Below are positions 55,990-64,000 of a stretch of 64,000 nt of DNA, piece by piece. Below the pieces are notes generated by a model. The model saw only the letters and a program-made list of their open reading frames with translations, ran no database searches and had not been told where the DNA came from. Both the position numbers and the translations under genes were made by a program. The DNA lies in IMG/VR virus record IMGVR_UViG_3300045999_010033, positions 1 through 64,000 of that record, one strand, 5' to 3'. Each line of letters opens with the position of its first letter. The first letter of the stretch is position 1.

Positions 55990-56800
55990 AAAGGTGAGAT
56001 TACCCTTTGTTGAGAACAGCCTTTAGAAAGATTATTAGTTCCTCTCTTATCCACCACCTTTTGAGCGGTATCCGTTCAGTGTCGGTTAGTAATGCTAACC
56101 ACTCATTAAGTTACTGACTACTCTCTTATTACTCCCCTTCTTCTACCCTGCCGAGCAGATTCACACTTGCGGTGTTAGAAGCTTTTCGTAAGAATCACAG
56201 ACCTCTTGCGGAGGTATCGTGGCTGGGAACAACTCCCAACTATGTAGACACCTTTCATCCGTAACTGATGGGCACTTATGCTTCATTTTGATTTTATAGT
56301 TTTGCTACCAAATGCAAGTATAAAGTTGGTTTGTAGATTGATTCAGGTAGTGGCCCATCTGCCAGCTCCCTCACCTTTTGAGTGAGGAAATACTAAACTA
56401 CCCGATGTGATATCCCTATCACCATATTTTAAGTCTGCTTCATAACTCATGCTTTGGTAAGCGAAGGTTAAGGGCAACAACGACACCACTCGTACTTTAC
56501 CATACCTTTCGGTTTTAAGTGAACTCTAATATTGGATAACGAAATGATACGAAGGGATTAAGTTCGTACTTCTCACATATACCCTATGGGTTATTCCTAT
56601 TATCCTTCCGGATTCAAATGAACTATCTACTTAGCCCATTCACCCAGACACCTCACCTACAGCCTTGCCGTCAGTTACTAAGTCCGAGTGGTATCCCACT
56701 TGCCTACTCAACCTCTTTTGGGAGGCGCATCGGTGCTTAACCAAACACCAACACTTTATCCTACTTTCGTAGTTTATTTAACGACCATAGGCGGCCGATT
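55990..56800 (-). ncRNA. probable GOLLD RNA (~810 nt)
   Basis: ORF-free, hairpin-dense region in a tRNA cluster; segments (CGCCTATGGTCGTTAAATAAACTACGAAAGTAGG; AAAGGTGTCTACATAGT; ACCGCAAGTGT; CTCGGCAGGGT) match my recollection of GOLLD; ends approximate; not confirmed by a covariance-model search. Confidence 0.72.
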
Positions 56801-57079
56801 TGTACTATGTAACGCGAGGTTACTATGTACTCATTTCGTAATGTAAAAGAACTTTAATGTGAACCAAACTTACGCCCTATTAAGGATACTCCGTTTATAC
56901 TACTTTCACATCTGAATCGGTAGTGCGATTTTACTAAAGATAAGTAAAGTTTTTCAAATTACCAAATCTTTATTCGTTGAACATTTTCGGTTATGTTTAT
57001 TTACACCATATAATACTTCCTACTTCTGAACAAGTTTATAAAGTTAAGTAAAGTTTTTCAACTTTCCAAATCTTTATAG

Positions 57080-57151
57080 TTGCGGGGGGTGGAATCGAAC
57101 CACCGTAGGCGAGGCTTATGAGACCTGCGGATAACCAACAATCTCCCCACA
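57080..57151 (-). tRNA. tRNA-Met(CAT), initiator-like but atypical
   Basis: AGGT-CTCATAA-GCCT; TGTGGGG/CCCCGCA. Confidence 0.75.
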
Positions 57152-57185
57152 ATGTATAAATATATATAAAGAACTATTTTTTTAG

Positions 57186-57257
57186 ATGCCCTTTTAGGAT
57201 TCGAACCTAAACTAACAGAATCAAAATCTGTTGTGCTAACCGTTACACTAAAGAGCA
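57186..57257 (-). tRNA. tRNA-Gln(TTG)
   Basis: ACAGA-TTTTGAT-TCTGT. Confidence 0.9.
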
Positions 57258-57277
57258 ATTTTCAAATCTCATTTTCG

Positions 57278-57352
57278 TTTGATAACTCAAAGTTAAGGAA
57301 AATTTTCCAATCTACCAAATTTTTTTGTTATCCATTGAAAATCAACGAATTG
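57278..57352 (-). promoter_or_regulatory. P6: promoter + hairpin + IHF-consensus site
   Basis: TAACTTTG 57288-95, TTTG 20 nt upstream; TTTGA-GTTA-TCAAA; AATCAACGAATTG at 57340. Confidence 0.85.
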
Positions 57353-57359
57353 ATTATAA

Positions 57360-57450
57360 TAACACATCCATCTCTTATTGACTACCATAAACACATTCTG
57401 TATGGTTTACCACATCTATAATCTATGACACATAGGAGATGGATGTGTTA
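57360..57450. other. perfect 15-bp stem closing a three-way junction
   Basis: TAACACATCCATCTC / GAGATGGATGTGTTA with two internal hairpins. Confidence 0.75.
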
Positions 57451-57583
57451 AAATTTGCTCGTCTATTCCGAGCCGCCAATCAGTATCGAGTAACTAATAC
57501 GTAGCATACCACTACACTATCTGTCGAGGGAGGTGATTCCCCACAGACCTTGTGGCTTCTTTATCACCCATACCACAATAGTG

Positions 57584-57657
57584 TGGACTCTCACGGGCTC
57601 GAACCGTGGACCTAATGATTATGAGTCATTTGCTCTAACCAACTGAGCTAAGAGTCC
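57584..57657 (-). tRNA. tRNA-Ile2/Met(CAT)
   Basis: AATGA-CTCATAA-TCATT; body resembles lysidine-type Ile2. Confidence 0.88.
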
Positions 57658-57661
57658 AAAG

Positions 57662-57994
57662 TGGACGTGGTGGGAGTCGAACCCACGTCTTGATAAGAAA
57701 TCCTACCACCAACGTATCACAAGTTTATTCCTACATTCGGGTTGGACACCTATCTAACATTCTCACACCGTGTTAGCCGACGGTGATAGTGGTTCGATTC
57801 GGCCACTATGCCACATAGAGAATCACATTCTATTTTAATCCCACGATGTGTGCGGGAGCGGTTACGCAGCTACTGCGTACTCAGCGTTGGCGTATGTGTT
57901 GCCAGTTATTCTTCGATACAATATTAAGGGATAGTATCATTTCCCTACTTGTGATGGTAACACTCACATACCAATCAATTACCAATACACGCCC
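57662..57994 (-). ncRNA. ssrA: tmRNA, tag (A)GNTYANAEYAVAA*
   Basis: GGGCGTG/CACGTCC-A with G3-U70; T arm GTGGG-TTCGACT-CCCAC; ATAACT-GGC resume context; tag ORF 57903..57862. Confidence 0.93.
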
Positions 57995-58023
57995 ATATTT
58001 ATAAGAACTATATATCTCCCATT

Positions 58024-58112
58024 TTTGGTCGATAACCAAAGTTACTACTTTTTTTTGGATTTACCAAACATTTCGGAAAATATTTTTTAAATCGTTGAAA
58101 ATCAACCGATTA
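58024..58112 (-). promoter_or_regulatory. P7: promoter + hairpin + IHF-consensus site (drives the tmRNA)
   Basis: TAACTTTG 58037-44, TTTG 20 nt upstream; TTTGGT-TATCG-ACCAAA; AATCAACCGATTA at 58100. Confidence 0.85.
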
Positions 58113-58132
58113 CGTATTAAAAAAAGAAATAT

Positions 58133-58873
58133 CTATCGGTTTTTCCTCAAAATTAGGGCCGTTTCCATCCACTTTTTTCCTATCGGATTGACCACCGGGG
58201 CATCAACAAATCGGCGAACGACTCGTTTTACATCTGAATCCGGATTAGAAGACTCTGAGTTTTCAACAATATACAATCGGTTTCCAAATATCGTGCGATA
58301 TTCACCCAATGCAGACTGGCATTTATTCCATAACCCTTCAACAAGCTCGTTTGATATGGAACGTTCCCGCTCACTATTACGTTTCAATGCAACTTCTAAT
58401 GTAGTATTAACGAACACCATTGCCGCATCATAACCGGCGGCTTCCATTTCAGATTTACGGCCGGCAATGTAAGCCGGATTGGCACCGGTACTATCCATTA
58501 TCATTCCCAGTCGCCCTTCCATATACATCTTACGTGTCGCAGATACCATACGAAATGCCTTTTGTCGTATACCGGAGCCAGTTTTATCTCGGCCGGTATC
58601 TATTACTGATGAATAAAACTCCGGGTCTTCATCTCGTATCTTACCCAACTCCTTTGGATTGATACCATTTTTTTGTAGAAACGCCTCAAAAGCATGATCC
58701 GAATTTATTACCTTCAATCCCATGCCGGTAAGGCTTGAACGCTTCGGCAATCCAAATATCTGGTCTATGATATACGATTTACCCGAACCGGGTCCACCTG
58801 CAGTAAACACACATTTGAGTACACCACGATTGAATACTCCTTCGTTTAATAAGGGTTTTAATAGGATAGCCAT
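58133..58873 (-). CDS. P-loop kinase (zeta-toxin/AAA_33-like)
   Basis: TAGGPGSGKS, INSD, IMDSTG, MVFVNT.LEVALKRN..RER. Confidence 0.85.
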   Translation of the reverse strand: MAILLKPLLNEGVFNRGVLKCVFTAGGPGSGKSYIIDQIFGLPKRSSLTGMGLKVINSDHAFEAFLQKNGINPKELGKIRDEDPEFYSSVIDTGRDKTGSGIRQKAFRMVSATRKMYMEGRLGMIMDSTGANPAYIAGRKSEMEAAGYDAAMVFVNTTLEVALKRNSERERSISNELVEGLWNKCQSALGEYRTIFGNRLYIVENSESSNPDSDVKRVVRRFVDAPVVNPIGKKWMETALILRKNR

Positions 58874-59094
58874 ATCTTTTACATAACTATTCTACATCTC
58901 GTCTTTTTTGCTTTCCTTTCGGCTTAGATTTCGGGACATATCCATCATCCCATTCCTTTTTCGGTTTAGCCGGTTTAATCTTCTTTACCTTTACACGAAT
59001 TGGGGTTTCATCATCCATCCAATCCTCATAATTCCTAATTTTCATTTCTTTTCTTTGTTAAACAAATCTAATAAACTTTAATGGTATTTCAAAC

Positions 59095-59733
59095 CTATTC
59101 ATTCTCTGTAACTTGGTAATTAAAGCGGTCATCATCAGACAGACGCCATTTCGCCGTATCTTCCACAGTCCATACATGGGTGTTTATACTACGTTTGGCG
59201 GCACTTCCATATGGTTTTGTCGTAAAAAATGGAGTGAAAACCCGACAACGATTGTTCGGTTGTATCGCATAGTTACCGGAATCCAATTCAATAATGTGCC
59301 CGCATTTATGTTGGTCGGGCGTTTCGCTAAATCCATAATCGCCCGCATTGGGGTCCGCGGCTGCCCAATCAAGTGTCATTAGGTATCTCCCCCATTCCCA
59401 TTCCCCATCCCTACGACGGTATCCCATACGGCTTCCTGCCAATAGGGTGAACACCGTAACTGCCGGGTGGTATGAGAATGAATCCCAAAGCACCAGCTCA
59501 TGCAATGGGGATTGTGGGGTGTCAGGACGGCTCGCAAACGCGTGTATGGGCATCCTCCACCATAGACCTTCATCTTCCATCATGAAGTGAAATAGTGGGA
59601 CACGACCGGGTATGGATGCCATTCCAAAGACCACACACGGTAGAAGTTCGTGAGGACCATCGGGCCGGTTATCCAAAAACCCACTTCGAATCCAACATTG
59701 AATGGGCGGAATGTTTATATTAAGATATGCCAT
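59095..59733 (-). CDS. conserved phage protein of unknown function (MAYLNINIPP...QPNNR)
   Basis: Long ORF with W/H/C-rich motifs; GC-richer than flanks. Confidence 0.7.
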   Translation of the reverse strand: MAYLNINIPPIQCWIRSGFLDNRPDGPHELLPCVVFGMASIPGRVPLFHFMMEDEGLWWRMPIHAFASRPDTPQSPLHELVLWDSFSYHPAVTVFTLLAGSRMGYRRRDGEWEWGRYLMTLDWAAADPNAGDYGFSETPDQHKCGHIIELDSGNYAIQPNNRCRVFTPFFTTKPYGSAAKRSINTHVWTVEDTAKWRLSDDDRFNYQVTENE

Positions 59734-59753
59734 AATCCGATATAAATATAAGA

Positions 59754-60131
59754 TTAATCGGAATCTTCATCAATAAATGTCTTGGCATATGGGTCTGCTT
59801 TATATGGAAGTGGCTCCATGCGTTGGGGTGCAGGTGTGCCGGTGAATGGGCAGTAATTCACACGTGTTTCATATTCGCCATTGCCAATCCACATCTTTCC
59901 ATCCTCTCCCACTCGTACATATTCTACGGCCGGGCCCCATAGCCCTTTTGGTGCATGGTATGTAATGTTTTGTTGCATAGTTTCGTATTCGTTTATATTT
60001 TCGTTTGATTGTTCCCCTTGTCGAAGCCGCCTTAATTGGCCTTGGCGTTGGCTTTGTTGATTTAGTATATATTGTGTTAATAAAAAATTTTGGTTCGTTA
60101 CGACGTTGAGTATCCCCGGGCCCCTTCCCAA
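59754..60131 (-). CDS. hypothetical protein (start uncertain)
   Basis: C-terminal half YCPFTG looks protein-like. Confidence 0.5.
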   Translation of the reverse strand: MGRGPGILNVVTNQNFLLTQYILNQQSQRQGQLRRLRQGEQSNENINEYETMQQNITYHAPKGLWGPAVEYVRVGEDGKMWIGNGEYETRVNYCPFTGTPAPQRMEPLPYKADPYAKTFIDEDSD

Positions 60132-60146
60132 TTTCTGAAAATCATA

Positions 60147-60404
60147 TTAATGATGTTTTTTAATTTTAAGGAGTGTTGTCAAAATTTCTTGTAATTCTTT
60201 TTCTTCAATCGAATCTAATGCGTTTCCGAGTTTACTTCCTTTTGCTAACCAAGCATATGGTTCATATTGTTCACCATCTAAATCGAAATGATATTGAAGT
60301 ATTAAATGCCATTTATCTACATCATAGTAGAATGCATCGTTATCCCGATTTGCGAACCTTTGCATCCACGCTTGTATTGCGTTTACCAGTTGTTGTTTTT
60401 GCAT
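60147..60404 (-). CDS. hypothetical protein (start uncertain)
   Basis: Packed ORF. Confidence 0.45.
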   Translation of the reverse strand: MQKQQLVNAIQAWMQRFANRDNDAFYYDVDKWHLILQYHFDLDGEQYEPYAWLAKGSKLGNALDSIEEKELQEILTTLLKIKKHH

Positions 60405-60609
60405 CTTTTTTATGTGTTTTTACTCTTACCGATTTTAATGATTTACCTTCTTTCCATTCTTTTATGATATGTGGTTTCCAATTTGTTTCAACTGATATTG
60501 GGCCATTTGGAAATTTTATCAAATCATATTTCCAAATCTGCTGACAATCATCATCTGAATAAATTACTTCCCATTTGGAAGGTTGCTTGATTTGTTTCTC
60601 CGTGCTCAT
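60340..60609 (-). CDS. hypothetical protein
   Basis: WKYDL..NGPISVE motif. Confidence 0.55.
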   Translation of the reverse strand: MSTEKQIKQPSKWEVIYSDDDCQQIWKYDLIKFPNGPISVETNWKPHIIKEWKEGKSLKSVRVKTHKKDAKTTTGKRNTSVDAKVRKSG

Positions 60610-61408
60610 GATTAGGTGATGGTAATTCTATTTTATCTAATATACTTAAATTATCTGCCGCAGATTGCCTCCACTTTAACGCTACCCATATCAATATTAT
60701 TATGGTTGCCGAAACTACTCCTGCTACAACTCCCTTTTTAAGGGTATTTTTCCAAGAAAATGATTCTTCAGTATCTGAATTTTCCCAATGTAAAATTGTT
60801 TCTTGTTTTTGCTCTTCGTGGTTAGCCCTTTGCTCAATTTCATCAAGTTTTTTAACAATACGTTCAAGTATTTCAGTACTCTTATCTATCGATTCTTTTG
60901 TGGATTGTCCACTTTGGAATTTCGGCTCTTCTTTTTTTATTTCAGAACGAACATCCATATTTTTTAGGGTATCATTTTCTTGCGTTGCTTTTAGCATTGC
61001 TTTATTCATAAGTGGAGTAAAGTAGACATCATCGCTATAAACTCCACATATGGCTTCGTAGATGGTTTCGGGCATGTCTCCCTTTGTTAGGTATGAATTC
61101 GCTCCCAACGCAAGCATTTTTGAAATCATCGATGCGTTATTGTGCATTGAAACGATTACTATTTTAATATCAGGATACTCTTGTTTTAATTTTGGTAGAG
61201 TTTCTATACCATCCATTATGGGCATGTTAATATCCAATAGGATAACATTGGGTGTCATATGTTTTAGTAAATGCATAAGTTGCACACCATCTCCTGCTTC
61301 TCCTATCACATCTATATTTTGATAGAACGATAATGTTGATTTTATACCCTGTCTAAATAATACATGGTCATCACATATAATAACCTTAATTTTTGATGCC
61401 GATTCCAT
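60551..61408 (-). CDS. NarL-type receiver domain fused to a C-terminal TM segment, no HTH
   Basis: ICDDHVLFRQG, LLDINMPIMDG, SMH, GANSYLTK; C-terminal GVVAGVVSATIIILIWVAL. Confidence 0.88.
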   Translation of the reverse strand: MESASKIKVIICDDHVLFRQGIKSTLSFYQNIDVIGEAGDGVQLMHLLKHMTPNVILLDINMPIMDGIETLPKLKQEYPDIKIVIVSMHNNASMISKMLALGANSYLTKGDMPETIYEAICGVYSDDVYFTPLMNKAMLKATQENDTLKNMDVRSEIKKEEPKFQSGQSTKESIDKSTEILERIVKKLDEIEQRANHEEQKQETILHWENSDTEESFSWKNTLKKGVVAGVVSATIIILIWVALKWRQSAADNLSILDKIELPSPNHEHGETNQATFQMGSNLFR

Positions 61409-61440
61409 TTTATAACTTCATTTTAATAAATGTACTCAAA

Positions 61441-61800
61441 TTAATTGGAATTTCCAAATTTTCTTATTGGAGCACGGTTATCTCCGGGAATTTGCTTTGG
61501 ATTAGATTCTTTTGGTTGATATATTTTGCGTGGTCCATCTGAATAATTTGGTCGGTTTGGTTGTACCGGAACTACGATGACGGGTGATCTATTCCAATAC
61601 CAGCTATTATTCCAATTCGGATATGGTTGGTTGTAATAGTAATTCGATAGTGTATTCCATCTACGATTTTTGTATATCGGTGATGAATAATATACATCAT
61701 CGGGAAAAGTATATTGACCACATCCTATGAGTCCGATTAAGATAATAAATAATATAATTTTTTTCATCTTACCTTTACATATAAATATTTCGGAATCCAA
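61441..61800 (-). CDS. Tyr/Pro/Asn-rich lipoprotein (likely start MKKII)
   Basis: MKKIILFIILIGLIGC lipobox. Confidence 0.7.
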   Translation of the reverse strand: MDSEIFICKGKMKKIILFIILIGLIGCGQYTFPDDVYYSSPIYKNRRWNTLSNYYYNQPYPNWNNSWYWNRSPVIVVPVQPNRPNYSDGPRKIYQPKESNPKQIPGDNRAPIRKFGNSN

Positions 61801-62033
61801 ATATCAATAATAATATTGCCGTCCACAACCGATACATCATATGTGTTGTAACGATTATCATTTATCCAACCATATTCCTTAAAATAAAATATAATTATTT
61901 GTTGCTGTGTATGTTCATGCACGGCATAAAGAGCATTATCTGCATAATCAATTGTTGGATTCCAAATTAATCCTGCTTTCCAATCATTTATAAATTCCGG
62001 TAATAGTTCTTCCGGATGAATAATGATTTTCAT
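61764..62033 (-). CDS. hypothetical protein
   Basis: Packed ORF. Confidence 0.55.
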   Translation of the reverse strand: MKIIIHPEELLPEFINDWKAGLIWNPTIDYADNALYAVHEHTQQQIIIFYFKEYGWINDNRYNTYDVSVVDGNIIIDIWIPKYLYVKVR

Positions 62034-62169
62034 ACCAATAGTTATTTTTTACTATCATTCTCGTTTTTAGTATGGATATAATCCATTCCACCATATTTCA
62101 ACCACAATACCGATAGGGCCATTGCGGAGATTAGTATTACAATTCCTAACATAGTTATTAATATTTTAT

Positions 62170-62739
62170 CTATTTTATAATTTCATCAATGATACCAAGT
62201 TTCAAAGCTTCATCTGAACTAATAAACCAGTCCTTTTTATCTTTGTAGTTTTTATCCAACATTTCTCTTGTCATCTTTGTGTATTCCAATGTATGCTCCT
62301 CAATCATTGATTGTAGCCTCTTTGCTTCCTCCACATCTTCTTCTATATCTTTCAACTTTCCCCATACGGCGCTGCTTACTTGATGATACATATGGGTTGC
62401 TTTTTCATATGAATAACGTCTATGTCCAGTTATTGCTATCATAAATCCGCAACTCATAGCTGCACCGGTTACGACCGTATGTACTGGAACTTTTGATTTA
62501 TCCATAACACTTAATAGTCCAAAGCACTGATATACTGCACCGCCATATGAATCTATATAAAGCATAATCGGTTTGGGTTTGTAAGTCATACCATATAATT
62601 CTGCTAACTTAGCCAAGTCAGCATCTTCATCATTAATATCAATAATTGCCTTTGTGATTTCGTTAATCGAATCTTGGTCTACTTGTTTGGCCAAGTATAA
62701 GTTTCTTTCTTTTGGGATTGGTAATTGTGGTAATGCCAT
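62170..62739 (-). CDS. clpP: ClpP-like serine protease subunit
   Basis: IMLYIDSYGG, GAAMSCG (Ser), MYHQ (His), WFISSDEALKLGIIDEI. Confidence 0.9.
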   Translation of the reverse strand: MALPQLPIPKERNLYLAKQVDQDSINEITKAIIDINDEDADLAKLAELYGMTYKPKPIMLYIDSYGGAVYQCFGLLSVMDKSKVPVHTVVTGAAMSCGFMIAITGHRRYSYEKATHMYHQVSSAVWGKLKDIEEDVEEAKRLQSMIEEHTLEYTKMTREMLDKNYKDKKDWFISSDEALKLGIIDEIIK

Positions 62740-63095
62740 AACTTTTGTTTTAATTTATTTCGTAAGCTTTTGGTGAAGGTAATCCGCTATATTCACAGAA
62801 TAGTTCTTCTCTTTGTTTTTCCAGCTCAGTTTTGATGTGTTCAGGAAAATACACACCATCGCTTTCCATATCTGATAATGCTAGGTTGTTCGTATTTTGA
62901 TTTTTCATTTTAGTTTTTATTTATTAGCGAATCCGTAAATACCCATCCGAAAAATAAAATTCCGATGGGCAGATTTACCGAATAACCTAATGCTACGGAT
63001 AATCCCAGCCCAATGACAAGTTTACAAGATTTTAATCCATCTTTAATAATTCGTTTGTACCAATACTCGTAATGGTTTTGCATAACTTTTGTTTT

Positions 63096-64000
63096 TTAAT
63101 TTGAAAGGGGAAGTTTAATTGCCGGATGTGATTGGTAATTTAATATCTTAATATCGTTTGGTTTATAACACTCCCAATTATCTTTCTTGCAAAGGTAATC
63201 AGGTAATTTATCCAATTTAGGCAAATCATACGGCGTTCTTGTCAATTGCTCTTTCAATCCATCTATGTGATTGAGATAGATGTGACAATCTCCCAAATTA
63301 CCAATCACTTCTTCGGGAATCATATTGACTTCTTTGGCGATAATTTCTAATAGAAGTGCGTAGGATGCGATGTTGAATGGGAGCCCCAATCCCACGTCCA
63401 CTGACCTCTGTGACCAAATTAAAGAGATTGCTCTGGTTGGTATATTATGTTCTGATAATTGTTTTTCTGTGTAATAGAACCTGTAATCTTGAGGTAGCTT
63501 ATCTTTATCAATTACTCCTAAATGCTTATCCATCAACTTCACTCTCTCTGTCTCGTCTAACTCTCTCGTATAAAATTGAAACGAGTAGTGACACGGTGGC
63601 AAGACCATCTGGTCGAGTTCTCCAACATTCCAAGCACTCACAAGTATCCTCCTACTATCAGGGTCTGTCTTCAGTAGGTGAATCGCGTTTGCGATTTGGT
63701 CTGTATATTCGCCCGAACCATTATAATAATCTGCCCAGCTTCTCCATTGGTTACCGTAGATTGGTCCTAATTCTCCCCACATCTTTGCAAACTCATCATC
63801 GGTTTTGATTTTGTTGATGAATTGTTCTTTTGTAAAATGGACATAATTAGGATACCCACTATTAAACTCTAATCCATCAACTTTAAAGTGTTTCTCTCTA
63901 TCATAGAAGGTAATTGATGATATTTGAGTATTTTTATACCGTTTATAAGCATCCCCATCCCAAATATGGCATCCATTATCCACAAGATACTTAATGTTTG
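63096..64000 (-). CDS. thyA: thymidylate synthase, 5'-truncated by the window edge
   Basis: LGPIYG.QWR, SRRILVSAWN, LPPCH, QRSVD..LGLPFNIASY, GDCHIY.NH. Confidence 0.95.
   Translation of the reverse strand, partial: NIKYLVDNGCHIWDGDAYKRYKNTQISSITFYDREKHFKVDGLEFNSGYPNYVHFTKEQFINKIKTDDEFAKMWGELGPIYGNQWRSWADYYNGSGEYTDQIANAIHLLKTDPDSRRILVSAWNVGELDQMVLPPCHYSFQFYTRELDETERVKLMDKHLGVIDKDKLPQDYRFYYTEKQLSEHNIPTRAISLIWSQRSVDVGLGLPFNIASYALLLEIIAKEVNMIPEEVIGNLGDCHIYLNHIDGLKEQLTRTPYDLPKLDKLPDYLCKKDNWECYKPNDIKILNYQSHPAIKLPLSN

Noticed and set aside
57058-57258. 66-aa minus-strand ORF
   Set aside because: Made up of tRNA-Gln and tRNA-Met sequence
1-64000. Plus-strand ORFs in the ORF track
   Set aside because: All are antisense shadows of coherent minus-strand genes or RNAs, with no motifs (e.g. 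10981..11238 mirrors the KKPAT repeats)
1-64000. Stop-codon reassignment or suppressor tRNAs
   Set aside because: Conserved enzymes are intact in code 11, and no CUA, UCA or UUA anticodon was found

Overview
A 64 kb segment of a large AT-rich tailed-phage (jumbo/T4-like myovirus-type) genome. Every credible gene is on the minus strand and reads in the standard code. Seven promoters match the Bacteroidota sigma70 consensus (TTTG/ATTG - 19-20 nt - TAnnTTTG), so the host is most likely a Bacteroidota bacterium. Recognisable genes: HD hydrolase, GIY-YIG, AAA ATPases, SNase, SPFH, a Prs+Nampt pair (NARP1-type layout), two RNA ligases, a kinase and phosphoesterases, MoxR-AAA/vWA, heme oxygenase, L7/L12-like protein, DNA ligase, RNase H-like YkuK, glucosaminidase, response-regulator receiver, ClpP and ThyA. 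RNA genes: 26 tRNAs covering all 20 amino acids, a tmRNA and a probable GOLLD RNA. Least explained features: (1) six tRNA-shaped RNAs that keep acceptor and T arms (and mostly the D arm) but carry non-anticodon cargo; (2) a tRNA-Leu(UAA) whose anticodon is masked by a 26-nt insert; (3) six tRNAs with a swapped A54-U58 T-loop pair; (4) a promoter module (IHF-consensus site + promoter + covarying hairpin) repeated seven times; (5) three tandem paralog arrays of small unknown proteins. All calls are by eye from motifs and base pairing; no database search was run.
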